A stretch of 63,813 bases of DNA, the filler included, from Octopus bimaculoides (taxonomy: Eukaryota): the NCBI RefSeq assembly GCF_001194135.2. It is 7 parts of 7 records of this genome, joined end to end, with 100 filler letters (N's around TTAATTAATTAA, not from the genome) between each part and the next. Parts side by side here need not be neighbours in the genome. Positions count along the whole stretch, not along the records: positions 61,690 to 63,813 come from NW_026308735.1; 6 more parts are not named here. One strand, given 5' to 3'. A program made the translations under genes and the position numbers. Shown piece after piece: positions 63,241 to 63,813 of the stretch. The first letter of the stretch is position 1, and the number at the start of each line of letters is the position of its first letter. Under the pieces are notes generated by a model. That model made no database searches, was not told the DNA's origin, and was given only the letters and a program-made list of their open reading frames with translations.

Positions 63241-63589
63241 TGATTGTAAGAAGGGGCAAGGTAGGTTTTCGTAATTTGTAGAACAGATTAGCACCCAACT
63301 GTTTATAAGTTAAAATAATATACTGAAATTTAGCAAGGTAAAAACGGACAAATTTCTACTATTGGTCATATAACTATCAGGACTGAAAATATAGTGACAA
63401 ACAATCCAATGACAAAGGTAAAAACGGTTGACGCCTAATATTGATATTCATCTCTCTCTATATATTTAGTTCGTCAAAGATGATTAATTCATTATTAAGG
63501 AACAAATATGTTAACACATATTTCCAATGATAAGTTTAACTGGTAAACATTATATTTACTTGTATATGTTTTTGTGTGTGCGAGCGCGT

Positions 63590-63625
<36 letters not shown>

Positions 63626-63627
<2 letters not shown>

Positions 63628-63813
63628 GTTTTACTTGTTTCAGACATTTGACTGCGGCCAAGCAAATCAACCCCAGGACTTATTCTTTGTGAGCCTAGTA
63701 CTTATTCTATTGGTCTCTTTTGCCGAACCGCTAAGTTACGGGGACGTAAACACACCAGCATCGGTTGTCAAGCGATGTTGGGGGAACAAACACAGACATA
63801 CAAACGCACACAC
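63626..63813 (-). mobile_element. SINE family A, 3' half, cut by the window end
   Basis: Near-identical to 13948-14175. Confidence 0.88.

Overview
AT-rich, microsatellite-dense animal genomic DNA. The SINE/LINE families and repeat density are consistent with an octopod cephalopod (inference, no database check). The window is gappy and appears stitched from seven blocks by six artificial N44-TTAATTAATTAA-N44 spacers. The only convincing host gene is the 5' end of a secreted GH18 chitinase on the + strand: a signal-peptide exon at 30292-30346 and a catalytic-domain N-terminal exon at 31754-31949, with compatible splice phases. Its later exons were not securely found. The rest is mostly transposon relics: three RTE-clade LINEs, many R4/Dong-like RLE-type fragments, a Penelope-like element (RT + GIY-YIG), a decayed CR1/L2-like LINE, a mariner end and at least three tRNA-derived SINE families. 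Most notable: (i) three minimal hammerhead ribozyme folds, two from one family sharing an A6U core change; (ii) a tRNA-like Pol III head placed directly after the Penelope ORF, on a module whose other copy carries the hammerhead; (iii) two R4-like elements lacking the whole RT; (iv) a tight CACGTG/TACGTG/CRE motif cluster at about 48.9-49.3 kb. Most ORFs in the supplied track are microsatellite, gap or antisense artefacts. Repeat boundaries were read by eye and are approximate.
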